45,546 nucleotides of DNA from Spirogloea muscicola. Lineage: Eukaryota. Where the stretch lies: the NCBI GenBank assembly GCA_009602725.1, contig WELB01000012.1, forward strand, positions 170,252-215,797. Direction: 5' to 3'. The position numbers and the translations under genes were made by a program. Numbering within the stretch: the stretch's first letter is position 1; each line of letters starts with the position of its first letter. Below, one piece after another: positions 12,366 through 23,495 of this stretch. The notes below the pieces were generated by a model that had not been told where the DNA came from, ran no database searches, and saw nothing but the letters and a program-made list of their open reading frames with translations.

Positions 12366-12545
12366 CTGGCGACTCGCAGGAATATCTCCTTTTGTTTCTT
12401 TTTGGGTTGGCCTCTCACAGCTATCGCCCTACTTTGGAAGAGCTATTCTTTCTCTGGCGACTCGCAGGAATATCTCCTCTTCGCTCCTTTTTGGGTTGGC
12501 CTTTCACAGCAATCGCCCTACTTTGGAAGAACTATTCTTTCTCTC
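12366..12545 (+). repeat. 88-bp tandem duplication containing repeat family B
   Basis: CTGGCGACTCGCAGGAATATCTCCT...TTTTGGGTTGGCCT.TCACAGC.ATCGCCCTACTTTGGAAGA.CTATTCTTT starts at 12366 and 12454. Confidence 0.9.
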
Positions 12546-13910
12546 CAGCCCTGACCAGCATATAGCTCCGCTTGAAATTTGAACTCGAATCATGTGCACT
12601 GCGCACCGTCTCCCTCTGGTAAGCAGCTTGCTAGCAATTCGGCAGGCCGTCGTGCTGACCGACTTGCGCAAGTCAACATTGACCAGCGGAGTCGGTGGTT
12701 CTCGCTTTGGATCGGGCCAGCTTTTGATTGGGCTTAGTGGCCAGGGGGCCACTGAACCATCGCCCGGGCAGTCAGGGATGCCCCTTCAGTCAAAGGTCAG
12801 CGCCTGGCTGCCTTGACCGCGGGCCAGTGGGCCCCGCCTGGCGGACTCGGTGCCCAGCCCTCAGGCGCGGCGGTTGCCGATTTGCTCCGCATGTGCCAGA
12901 AAGCGCCGCCCTGCCGTGATGGAGGCGATCCGCGCCCGACGCTGATGCTCACGCCGCTGCTGACGGCTTGCCTGCCAGTGCGACGGATGGCCCCTTCGGC
13001 CAACAGGACACACCTCTTTCACAATGGCGACGATGGCGCCCTCCGCTGGAAGAATCTTGCCACCTGCAAATGATGACTTGCTGGTACGTGGCGGCTCTCA
13101 AACTGCCAAAGCTTAATGCCGCAGCATAGCCAGGCAGTCAGCCTACAGTCCACAGAGTCTGCAGCCAGAACGCAGGAAGATAAGTGCCACCAATTTACAG
13201 CAAACGAGGCCTGCACCCGGCATGCCTGCTTCGAGGCTACCAACTGGCCTGCCCACTTTGCAGACCACCTCAGAGCGACTTAGACCGACTTCAAGGACCT
13301 GCCGAATGCCCTCGGGAATGACAAACTCTTACGTCAGACAAGGAGGACAATCTCAGTTGACCATCAAGTAAAACGCAAGCCCATGACGCCACAGAAAACA
13401 CTGTAGGAGCCCAAGAAGCCAAGGCAACCATAAAACGCTGTATCGACAGTACTTACAGTCAGCCAAGGAGCTCCCTGTTGACAATAATAAGTACACCACT
13501 CCTGATGCTGGCGCACAGAGCATAGCGTGAGATCACAATCAAGCTTGAGAGGCGGCCACGTGGGAGGCTGATTGTCACGGAATGTGCACAATTCCAATTC
13601 CTTGACAACAATGGCATAATTCTTGCTGCTTTGGGTTGCAGCAATCTCATGACAGATAGCAAGGGCTGATAGCTAACACTACACCAGCCATGTACCAAGT
13701 AGTCATCTAGTGTCACCGTCCACCAGCCAAGCCAAACTACACATTTTCATGATACACCACCTTCACAAACTCCCCTAGCAGGTTGACATCTTGACAAGGT
13801 GGCCACTATGTCGAAGGATGCAATTGACAGTAGCATGAATGACATTGCTGCACAGGCGGCTGCAAAACTAGCCATATGTTCCAGTCCTGAAGGAAGCATC
13901 TGAACAACAG

Positions 13911-14073
13911 TGTGTGCTATACCACTAGACATTAGGGGCTGATAACATACAGATGGGCATGCTTGCCCTGCAGCTCTTCAGACTATCTGAACATTAGTAT
14001 GTGCTATACCACCAATTCTTGAGGGCCATTCACATACAGGCAGGCCTGCATGCTTGCCCTGCAGCCCTTCAGA
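13911..14073 (+). repeat. diverged ~88-bp tandem duplication
   Basis: TGTGCTATACCAC...ACATACAG...GCATGCTTGCCCTGCAGC.CTTCAGAC occurs twice. Confidence 0.75.
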
Positions 14074-14449
14074 CATGGGGTGGGCTTCAAGTGCTCACCA
14101 CATGCTGCTGCTCAAGTTTCTCAGCTGCCACTTTGGCCTCAGTACGCCACAGACTGGCAGCAGACAAAGCAGGTCGCTGCCAGATATATGGAAACGCCTG
14201 TGCTACATGTAACCATCCACGTAGCAATAGCACTACGGTTGCTTGGCATCTATACATTCCAGCTCATGCAGGCCAGTTGCCTATCTCCAGACCATTGCCT
14301 GTGCAAATGAGAAACTACAATTCAATATAGCCTTAAGCACGTTAAGGTAAGAGACAATCCCATACTTCTACGTCAGTGACAAACACCTTCTAGTCATTCA
14401 CTAGGGCACAGTATTGGCAAATTGTACGCAAGCAAGTCCCATGCAATCT

Positions 14450-15600
14450 CGCTTCTACTGCAACCTTGCTTCTAAGTCTTCACTGAGGTGCTGATCCGTA
14501 AGCATGGTGAGAAGCTGAGAGTCCATCAGAGCACACGCCACCAAGTCCCTCACCGTCAGGGTCGAAGAAGAAGCACTGCTTGACCTTGCCATCCTGCTGC
14601 GTCTTCTCAAAGAAATTGATGCTTCTTCCCTATCACCATCATGAGGATGCCTTCTTGAGTTACATCGAATGCCACCAAGTCCTTCTCTCGAGGTGTACAA
14701 AAACAGAAGCTGGGGCAAGTCATGTAGGTTGCGGGCAGACCAGTAGACAGACTGATTGGGCTGGTCAATCACCTGAAGGATCTGAATGCAGGCATCATAA
14801 TCAGCTACCTTGAAGGATAAATGTGGCCCCCTCCATAGATCACTGGGATCTTGTCTGTTTGCTTGTCCAGGCAATTGCAGCATGTCAACTATTGATCAGT
14901 TTCAAAGCTCGTGTAAATCAAAGAGAAGTGCCAAGTCATGGTGGAGAGCAACGTCATACCTGCACATTGCAAAGGTGAACACATTTTGTGGATTGTGATT
15001 GGCAATACACCCTCACTGAGGCTGATTACATGAGTCTCAGTATGACGGCGCAAGTATTGTTGGCTTCAATGTAGCACCTGGCACCATCAGCTGCCACAAA
15101 GGGGCTCTCTGGTAGAGAGGACGAGGTGTTTCGCTGCACAATGTGGAGGGAGTATGAAGGGGGCAGGTGAAGCCAGGTGACAGAAAAATCACCGAAGGAC
15201 TCGGGAGTCTTCATCTCCTCAAATCCAAAGAGCTGTCACAAGCAGGTAAAGCTGCCTAAATCAGGCATGCGTCATGGAGACTGTTATGCAACACAAGATC
15301 AATTTCAAGCTCTAAAAACGTGGTGCTCGTTGCTTGAAGAGCAGCTTCCTAGTCTCAAGGACTGAGAAGGCTGAAAGGGCTAACGACTGAGAGGATGGCA
15401 ATCAATGTATTTGTGATGACGAGGAGATTGTATCAACTGCAGCTGGAATGGGTCATACTGACTGGGTGCGCAGTAGATAAGGCAATGGCAAATCTTGACT
15501 TTGCTACTTGTGGAATGGACTTGCTGATTCTACTTACTGTCTTGTGCTCCCACCCAACTTCCAAGGTCCCTATGAGATAGCGCTGTGCTTGTCTTGAGCC
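14450..15600 (-). mobile_element. highly decayed non-LTR retrotransposon RT region (CRE/RLE-like)
   Basis: Frame-broken motifs in RT order: LEIDLVLHNSLH (LD..NAFNS), SEGV (S..GV.QG), NCLDK (YLDD-like), QLLFLYTSREGLGGIR (Q..LP...GGLG). Confidence 0.4.
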
Positions 15601-15674
15601 TGGGTTGGGCTTGATCATGTTCAAGCTTGCAATCGGGCTGGAAGTTGGGCCTGGCTTGAAGCTGTGAACTCTGA

Positions 15675-15696
15675 CCTAAACCCTAAACCCTCAACC
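15675..15696 (+). repeat. interstitial plant-type telomere repeat (CCCTAAA)n
   Basis: CCTAAA CCCTAAA CCCTCAA CC. Confidence 0.7.
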
Positions 15697-15779
15697 ACAA
15701 CGAGCTTCAGCTCCGACTTGAGCTCGAGCTCAAGCTCTAACACACCCATAGGTCCACTTCTTCACGAGCGTCTTAAGTC

Positions 15780-16450
15780 CAAGCTGAAGACGACGTAGCC
15801 ACACAGCAAAGCTTGCAGGTACTCCACTACCTCCACCGCTCGCCTTCTCTCCAGAGCGAGGTGCCTTCATTGGAGCTATTACGTCTACTTGCAGAACCCG
15901 CCAAAACCTGCAGTGCTCTACACAGCTTACTTCATGGACGAGACGGCCTTGGCACTGAGGTTATTCCTGGGCTCTTCCAGGTCCCCAGTGGAGGCTGGAC
16001 ATGCTCACAAGCTCCACTGGCTCACCTCTCGATAGAAGGCTGCTAGCTTGGCCACATCCTCCGTCTCCCGGGCGACGTGGTGCAGAGACACGCCCACAAA
16101 TGTGCCCATTGCAAGCTTGGCTCCAAGCTCAGGCGCAGCGCCTCTCAGCCAGCAAGAATTGCATGAACAGATGGCTGCGCAGCACGCTGCTCTGCTTGAT
16201 GTGCCGAGAGGGTAGCTGGCTCAATGTATGCGACGCTTCTCGTGACTGAGACGATGGTCGCACGGCGCAGAGGGATCGACCTGGAGGCGGTGGCAACAAG
16301 CGAGCCTTACAAGCGAGGGAAACGCCAACTGGAAGCAATACTACATAGGCGGCTAAGTGGTGGGGAGCACCCGCGGAATAACGAGCCACTTGTCATGCTA
16401 CGCGGCGTACAGAAGTCCTGCCACTTGGCTAGGACAGCTGCCTCTCCCTC
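15780..16450 (+). mobile_element. possible decayed non-LTR retrotransposon fragment (post-RT region)
   Basis: Weak motifs LHYLHRS and EGSWLNV (GAWL-like); frame-broken. Confidence 0.3.
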
Positions 16451-16454
16451 ACTT

Positions 16455-16820
16455 GAGAAAAAAGGTGCGCGGTGCGCATGGAATGTAACGGGTGGCCATG
16501 TGAAGCCAGTACCCTCCAGGCAAAAGGTAGTGCGAAATTTGGGGCTTCATTGATCGAAGCACTATGCATAAGGTGGCTAAGGTAACAGCGTGACGTTTGG
16601 ACCCACGGCAGCGCACATACCGGCCCAACAGGCTAATCGGGGAGCCGGAGCGCCGCCACGGAAACCGGTGGCCTGACTCAGGCCCTTGCAGACCTCGTCC
16701 ATTCCTTTGGGCTGCCCTCTCACAGGTCATTGCTGTCAATACAGAAAGGCTGTTTTCTTTCTTGTACCGACTTAGAGCGCGCCCAGCACGCTGATAACTG
16801 CCAGAGCTTGGGAGCGCTGT
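16455..16820 (+). repeat. dispersed repeat family A, long copy interrupted by family B (~16683-16768)
   Basis: GGTGCGCGGTGCGCATGGAATG..GGGTGGCCA..AAGCCAGTAC..CAGGCAAAAGGTAGTG..GGGGAGCCGGAGCGCCGCCA..CCGGTGGCCTGACT, resuming GACTTAGAGCGCGCCC; collinear with 32650-32910. Confidence 0.8.
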
Positions 16821-16849
16821 GAGCTAAGCGAGAGCCGCATTCTGTAACA

Positions 16850-18420
16850 CACAACTGATGCCTGCGGAATGCTAGTGTGCCCAAGCCCCCCCGACTGTGA
16901 CATCGTGCGTCAAGCAGCCGGGCCAGATGTTGGATGAGGGAGGACCGCTTGACACCATAGCCACCGTATGTATCCATAGCGCATGGATAGAAGTTGTCTT
17001 CCGAGGGTTATAGCGGTAAGGGCCCAGTCGGCTATTCGCAAATATGAGAGATGGCGCTTGGTGCACAGAAAATGAAAGGGAGGCCAAATCAGGCTCAAAA
17101 CACTGTTCAGGCAAAAGCTAGTGTGGGGCTACACATAGTGAAGCCCTAAGCTCACGAAGCGGGAGACTTCACCAGTATTCGCCAACTTCTGACCCGCGCT
17201 CGTCCATTCATCTGATTCCTGGACCTTGTCCATTACTTCTGGGCATCCACAAAGTCCTTCAACTTCCTCACATGTGTCTCAAGTGCTTGCCTGAATAGCA
17301 TAGCTGATACAATTCATATTGCATCCTTCATTCAAGCTCACTCTTGTTCGCCACAATGCCTTATTGAGGCTGCTTACAAGGAAAAATGTTGCTCCACCAG
17401 GCTGCACTTCATAGACGGGACATCTGTCACTGCAGATCCCTTCTCTGCTGGCGCACCTTTTTCCCCACCTCATTGACTTGCATCGACCCGACCCCCATGA
17501 CACCGGACCTTGTATACGTCATATAGATTGCCGAAACCAAGTGGAGTAAGATCACCCACGCGAGCGCACCTTTGAGAATCAAAAGGAAAGTGGGACCAAA
17601 CGGTCCCATCGGTACCAAGAAGTCTGAAGGAGCCCGAGGGTGCTTAATCAAGCCATGTCACAGACAACCCCTTGGAAACCACCTCCTCCTTCAAAGCCCT
17701 CACACCTGCTTTTTCCGGCCAGGCTGGCACCTCGACCTTCGGACAGAAATCTTGCCGTGGTGCCCCCCCCCCCAAGAAGAACCTTTGATAGCAGTCTCTA
17801 CTGGGCGCCTTTACTCCTTCACAATATTGCTATCAGGAACTTGCCATTTCTTATTGAGTGAGAGTCGCAACTCAATGGTCGTTGCGACCCATGCATTCGC
17901 ACCTGGAATTGCTCCACCAGGGACATCACGGCCTACTGGCCTTATGCTTGCCTTTTTTCACCGCAGACATTTCCAATCCAAGGGGCAAGACACACATTTG
18001 AGACAATTGGCCCACTCCTACCAGCAATATGGTCTATCAACATACCACAGGGGTCGAAATTCGTCGCCGTCTATCGTGCAGATCTGGACCTGCTTTCACT
18101 CTATCTTGCACCTAGTAAAGTACATAATAAGAAGTAATAGGATGCTTGAATCTTTCTCTGTCATGACCGGTACTCCTATCATATTCAACATAGGTAAAAA
18201 CTCATCTTCAAAGCACCACAAGTCAGGTCACCCTCTCACAAAAGCGCACCGCTTGTTGGACCGCTCGCCTGCTGTATTGGCTAGCCTCTCAAGCATTGAT
18301 CATTGCGTGGTTCACAGCACAACGGCAAGGCGACATTTGTTACACCATGTGAAAATGGAGCTGCATGCCTCATCTTATAGGAGAAGAAGCTCTTAAAAAA
18401 TGTACATTGCCTGTGACAGC
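16850..18420 (-). mobile_element. decayed CRE/RLE-type non-LTR retrotransposon (RT to endonuclease), interrupted by family A/B repeats
   Basis: Minus-strand motifs in order: KKASIRPVG (IRPI), GGAIPGANAWV, VPMGPFGPTFL (QGDPLGP), GNLYDVY (YLDDV), MDTYGGYG..IQHLAR (ETFG.WG..L..LA). Many stops. Confidence 0.5.
17046..17152 (+). repeat. dispersed repeat family A (5' part)
   Basis: GGCGCTTGGTGCACAGAAAATGAAAGGGAGGCCAAATCAGGC..ACACTGTTCAGGCAAAAGCTAGTG..GGGGCTACAC..GAAGCCCTA. Confidence 0.8.
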
Positions 18421-18703
18421 CACCTCATAAAAAGAGGACAATGTCCGAACAAGCAAAACGTGCGATGAGCGGAGCCAACTTCTGAAGGCAGCAGTAGCTG
18501 CAATAGCACATTACAAGAGGGTAGTGGTGGTTATCTGGTGGCGGCTGGCTGCAGGAGGGCCGTCAACATGCAGCTGGGAGCACCGCAAATCGCACGCCGT
18601 CTCTACACTGGGAGCACCATAGAAACCCTAGCTCAAAGCAATGCCACAGGTCCAGCTGCGGCCAGCAGCAGAGGTCGTCGCAAACGGCAAGGAGGTGTGG
18701 GTC

Positions 18704-18723
18704 CACACACACACAGAGAGAGA

Positions 18724-18778
<55 letters not shown>
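18704..18778. repeat. (CA)n(GA)n compound microsatellite
   Basis: Seen directly. Confidence 0.97.
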
Positions 18779-18780
<2 letters not shown>

Positions 18781-18894
18781 GTGCCCTTGACCAAAAAGTG
18801 AGGCCAAGGCGAGCAAAGACAGTGGTCGTGCTGGGTCATGCACTCTTCATACACTGTACAAAGCAAAGGAAGTGCAAGATGGGACCACAAATAT

Positions 18895-19030
18895 AGATAA
18901 CTTGGCTAAGAGGGGCTAATGAAGCAGGGCAAGGCTGGAGCGGGCTTGAGTACCCACGAGTGAGCACATGAAAGCAGGCAGGCTAAATTGGGGGACCGGA
19001 TCACCGCCATGCGAACCGGTGGCCTGGCTG
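18895..19030 (+). repeat. dispersed repeat family A (3' half)
   Basis: GAGTACCCACGAGTGAGCACAT..CAGGCTAAATTGGGGG.CCGGA..CCGCCATG..AACCGGTGGCCTGGCT. Confidence 0.75.
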
Positions 19031-19315
19031 GAAGAGGGCCCCTAGCATGCTGATGCTAGCGGTGCAAGCTCAGCGAGTCTCGCATCTTGTAGCAAGCTGG
19101 TATGCCTGCGGTATGCTGGTGTGGCCCAAGAAGCGAGAAAAGAGAACGAAGAAGATAGAAAGAAAGGACGCTCTCCTGGAAGCGTCTCTCTTCTCAAGAA
19201 GAAAGGACGCTCTCAGGAGAGGGTGGTGGCTGTGAGAGGGTAGCCCAGAAAGAGAAAACAATGAAGGTGGCCCAAGGTGGCCCAAGGTGGGCGAGCCCTT
19301 TCTTCTGCCCTCCGA

Positions 19316-19510
19316 CTACGACAACGGGTCTTTGACCTGCCGCACAAGATGCTGAAAGGATGGAGGCCCACTTGCACGGTAGCCGCCGTAAGTGTCCATG
19401 ACGCATCGATAGGAGCGGTATCTATAGGGGTGGTCCTTATGTTGCCCATTGGCTGTGTTGTCTACATTGCCTCTCTTACGTTCTGCTTGGGCTGTCACCC
19501 AGCCAGGCAC
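19316..19510 (-). mobile_element. RLE endonuclease fragment of a non-LTR retrotransposon
   Basis: PGWVTAQAERKR...VMDTYGGY..FQHLVR; homologous to 16905-17040. A family A head follows at 19544-19600. Confidence 0.5.
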
Positions 19511-19739
19511 AGTTGTGGGAGCCGTTAGTTAGTAGGCGTTCGTGAGAGAGGGCGCGTGGTGCGCATGAAATGAGAGGGAGGCCAAAGCAAGCCAGTACAG
19601 TATGTAAGTAGATCAAAGAAAACAAAGAGGGTAACAGAACGTATAATAAATAGGAATTGGGACTCTAGTATCCACTGGTTAGCACATCATGTGCGGACTA
19701 ACGTCGAGTAGGAGGCGAGGTCCCGGCGCTCCGGAATTG

Positions 19740-20040
19740 TTTCATTCATTCTTTTTCCTGGGCTTGCCTCTCCCAGCCACCGCCCTCTCCTGGAAGCACT
19801 CAGTAACCCCTGCTTAGCAGCCTCAGTTCAGAAAGACTGGGTTCCTGGAAGCGGGTCCCCTGGCCAGAGCCAGAACCTTCCTGGAGTAGGTCCATCCTAC
19901 CCCGTTCTGCCATAGCCTCCTCAGGCCCCTTAGTAGCTGCTTAGCTCGTCATTTAGCCCCTTCGAACCTTGTCAATTCTTTTCGGGCTGGCTTCTCACAG
20001 CCCTTGCCCCCATTGGGAGAGCCACTTCTTCCTGGAAAGG
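19740..20040 (+). repeat. composite repeat cluster (family B x2 plus a segment shared with 33418-33480)
   Basis: 19955-20040 is nearly identical to the reverse complement of 32070-32150; GCACTC.GTAACCCCTGCT.AGCAGCCTC...TCCTGGAAGC at ~19797 matches ~33419. Confidence 0.8.
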
Positions 20041-20925
20041 GTCTTTCTTCTTCTTTATGACAAATTGTCCCAGACACCGAACGGCTTGCTAATAAGTCGG
20101 GCATGGTGCCCGACACCTCCGTCGGCGGTTGGTAACCAGCCTCGCGCATAGTTGCAAGCAAATTGCAATCCGGAGCAAGATAGATGCACTCTTTTCACCA
20201 CCCTCCGCACACTTCAACACCTGAGCATGTGAGCAGGCAAAAACTGTTCACCATCTGCATGCGTGTCCGCACTCGCACTGTCGGATGCCAGGAACGTCCG
20301 AAGGGGACGACGAAACTTCTCTTCGGAAGCGGTGGTGGCTGTGAAATGCCAGCCCCAAGAGAATGGACGACGAGGGGGACAGCATTGGTGAGCGGCGGGA
20401 GATGGCTTTGAAAGGTCACTCAAAGGGCCTCTCAAAAGGCCAGCCCAAATAAGAACAGACGAGGTCCAAGGAGGCCCGAGCAATTCCGCGACACGAATTG
20501 TCGAACAGCACACCGGCAGCAGAGAAGGCCGACGCTGACGCGGCACGGCCACGCCACGCGGCGCTTACTAAAGCAAGTAGGTCGGGTACGGTCTACCCGA
20601 CCCTCGCAGAGCCACTTGTCGAGTAAATGCGGGCGAGGATTAGTGGCCCGGCCGCTGCGTCCGTCACCTGGCGACATAGCTGTCAGACGAGTCGTCTCAG
20701 GGGCGCCTCCGACGACGTCCGCCGCGTGCGGCTGAAAACCCCCCCTCTGGCGACGGACCTCCATCGCTCAGCTCAATACACAACGCAATTCCCTCTGGCC
20801 GTGGCCACCGCCGTCTCCTTCGCCCGGAGCGAGGGCTGTGAGATGCCAGCTCGAGGCAGCGGACAAGAGATCCGGAAACCGCTGAGTCGCACAGGTTGGA
20901 GCGGAGCTTGGAGAAATGGCAGCCA

Positions 20926-21128
20926 GAGAAGGCGGCGCGCAGTGCGCATAGAATGAAAGGGTGGTTGGCCAATTTGAGCCATTACACTGTTCAGAAAAGG
21001 GGCGGACAGCAATGCAGAAGACAAGGGGATGGGCATGGCGGGTGCGGGAAAGCGAGAATGCGCGCGGAGCCCGCACGGAATGAAAGGGAGGCCAATGCAA
21101 GCCAAAGGCACGCAGTTCATGCAGAGAA
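20926..21128 (+). repeat. two tandem family A heads
   Basis: GCGCGCAGTGCGCATAGAATGAAAGGG..GGCCAATTTGAGCCA and GCGCGCGGAGCCCGCACGGAATGAAAGGGAGGCCAATGCAAGCCAA. Confidence 0.75.
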
Positions 21129-21311
21129 CAAGGAAGGCTCTTCCAGTCGCGGCCGTGATTGGCCACCTCGGTAGAAATACATGACCATGAAGGGGCCAGA
21201 AAAGCTGGCGAAGAGCGGGGGCGCATGGAGGCCGGGCAGACGGGCCCGGGGCGCGGCGCAGGGACCCCGCCCGGGCCGCGGGCGCCGGATCGTCGGGCGG
21301 GCCGGGGGGCG

Positions 21312-21345
21312 NNNNNNNNNNNNNNNNNNNNNNNNNNNNNNNNNN
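21312..21345. other. assembly gap (34 N) in a very GC-rich island
   Basis: Run of n. Confidence 0.99.
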
Positions 21346-22057
21346 GCCCGACGCCGCGCGTCGCGCCGCGGGCCGGGGGGCCGCCCCCCCCATGTGGGCC
21401 CCGCGCTCGCTGCCCCCAGCCGTACCGCCGCGACGGCCTCTCCCCGCTGGGAGCCGTCTCGTCTCGTGGCGCCGTCTCGTGACGCTGGTCCCACCGTTCC
21501 GGCCCGCGGGTCTGCCCGCGCCGCCCCAGCAGGGCCCCCCGCTAGCCCTCGCCCAGCCCGCCGCCACGGGCTTGCGGCGGCAGCCCTCCCGGCGGCGCCA
21601 CCCACGGCCCCTTCTCCCACCCCCGCCGCCGCTGAAGCTCGCCAGGCTTGCCGTTCCCGAGAAGGCTCCATCGAGCCGGCGCGAGGTGTGGGGTATTACG
21701 CGATCAAGCGGCGAGCGCGGCTCCTGAGCCATGCCTAGAAGCCGGAGGGGGAGGACCAATGCGCCCCGGCCCGCCGAGGCGCCAGCGTCGCCCTCGCCGC
21801 CGCTCTCGTCCATCGGCTCCGTCTGCTCTGCACAGACGGCGGAGCCGCCGCACGGTCAGCTGGCTCCACCGCCCCGCGTGCCAAACGAGCTGCCTGCTCC
21901 TTGTGTAGCTCGAGCTGGCTAGAAGCCGCTGCGCCATCAAGGGTGTCACTTTCCTCCGTTGCCGATGCATCCACAGTGCACGCTTCAATCACCTTTCTGC
22001 TGAACCTGTGTGTACCATCCGGCCGCAGCTCTGATCAGGCGGCCCGTTTTGCCCACG

Positions 22058-23495
22058 ATGCTGCCAAGGCCGGTGCTCCCTTTGACAATGAAGGTGGAGA
22101 TGGTGCCAGTGCCAATGCAGCTGGTCCCGTCCGGCAGCTCCTCTCCCAAGAAGGTCAAGGTGCCCCTGGGCTCGAAAAGGCCTCATCTGGCGGCCGCCCC
22201 CAAGGACGGCGATAGTGCCTGTGTCGAAGGCGTCATAGACGACCAGATGTTCCATTCCGAGAAAAAACGACGGCTGACCATGGAGCAGGTAAGGACTGAC
22301 ACAGTGCACAAGGCCTACTTACTTGTATGCCTATTCGCAGTGGGTGGCAAGCATGGAAGCTCAGCTTTCAAGATGGGCGCATGTGTCATTTGGCGGCAAT
22401 GGCTGGTTCCTACAAAGTCGTGGTTGTGGGCCTCCCTTCAGCTGTGGTTCAAACAAGGGCTGCCCTGTGCCCGATAAGGGTGCCAGCGAGATCATCTGTG
22501 CTCTCCTGTTGGTTCTCTTCATAGGTGCGGCTGCTCGAGCAAAGCTTTGACGAGGAGAACAAGCTGGAGCCTTCGAGGAAGGTGTTGCTGGCCCGCCAGC
22601 TGGGCTTGCAGCCGCGCCAGGTGGCTGTCTGGTTCCAGAATCGCCGGGCTCGACGCAAGACCAAGGTCTTGGAGAGGGACTTTGACTCCTTGCAGCTGCA
22701 GTTCAATGCAGTGGTCTCAGAAAACGAGCGCCTGTGCATGGAGGTGCATTTCTGCACCACAGCTGGCGTCTCCAGTGTTGTTGCACTGAGCCAGACATGC
22801 TAAGGACTGTGTCACATGTCAGATACCAAGTGAGATAGTTTGTTTGTAATAAGAAAGCACATGTTGCCAGCTCCAGGTTGGTCACAATTCTTGGACTCTT
22901 TTTTTTGTGTCTTGTGCCTCCTTGTTACACAGCTCCGAAGATGCAGAGCCGGCCTGTGCAAGCCATTTGGACGAGATCAGACTGGATACCCTTCGTCCAG
23001 GGACTCCAGCTCAAGCCCGCTTGACAATGACATACTCCTTTCTCGAGTGAGACATGTTATTTCCTGCGCGTACAAGCTCACACTGACAGTCTTATTGAAG
23101 ATGGGCTTAATGTTTGTATGCTGCAACTATACTCTGTCAGTTTCAGCGTCCACCGGCACTGTGAGATGTGCTGCAGTGGTCTCGACTTTGACTGCACAAT
23201 GATCTTGGAAGCTGATGAAGCATGCTTGACTCTGCAGGATCAGGGCATGTCTACAGGAAACCATTGTGTATCTACCGACATACCAAACAACTCCGACATT
23301 ATGACCATTTTACCACTGAGCCTGCCCTATGTGCGTAAAGTTACACGCACCATCCTTGCTGCAGCAGACCTAGTCAGCGACCTGATCGCACCGGAACCAT
23401 GCCATTATATTGATGCCAGGATGCACATTTCCTCATTCTCAACAGAACAGGCAGGTGGGACAGTAGACTTGGCCTGCTCATTGCCACTTGGCTGA
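22058..23495 (+). CDS. homeodomain-leucine zipper class I transcription factor
   Basis: Exons 22058-22288, 22525-22743, 22933-23046, 23238-23495. [73 protein letters not shown]. The start codon and last exons are less certain. Confidence 0.92.

Noticed and set aside
12366..12545. CRISPR-like array
   Set aside because: Two whole-unit tandem copies without unique spacers, no cas genes, eukaryotic context.
17572..18396. 274-aa plus-strand ORF as a host gene
   Set aside because: No recognisable domain; the opposite strand carries decayed RT motifs.
20580..20602. GGTCGGGTA-n5-TACCCGACC hairpin as a terminator or Helitron end
   Set aside because: A single 9-bp stem with no U-tract or adjacent CTRR; could be chance.
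21181..21922. Conserved peptide uORF of HD-Zip I genes
   Set aside because: Only a short ARLL resemblance without a suitable ATG; insufficient.
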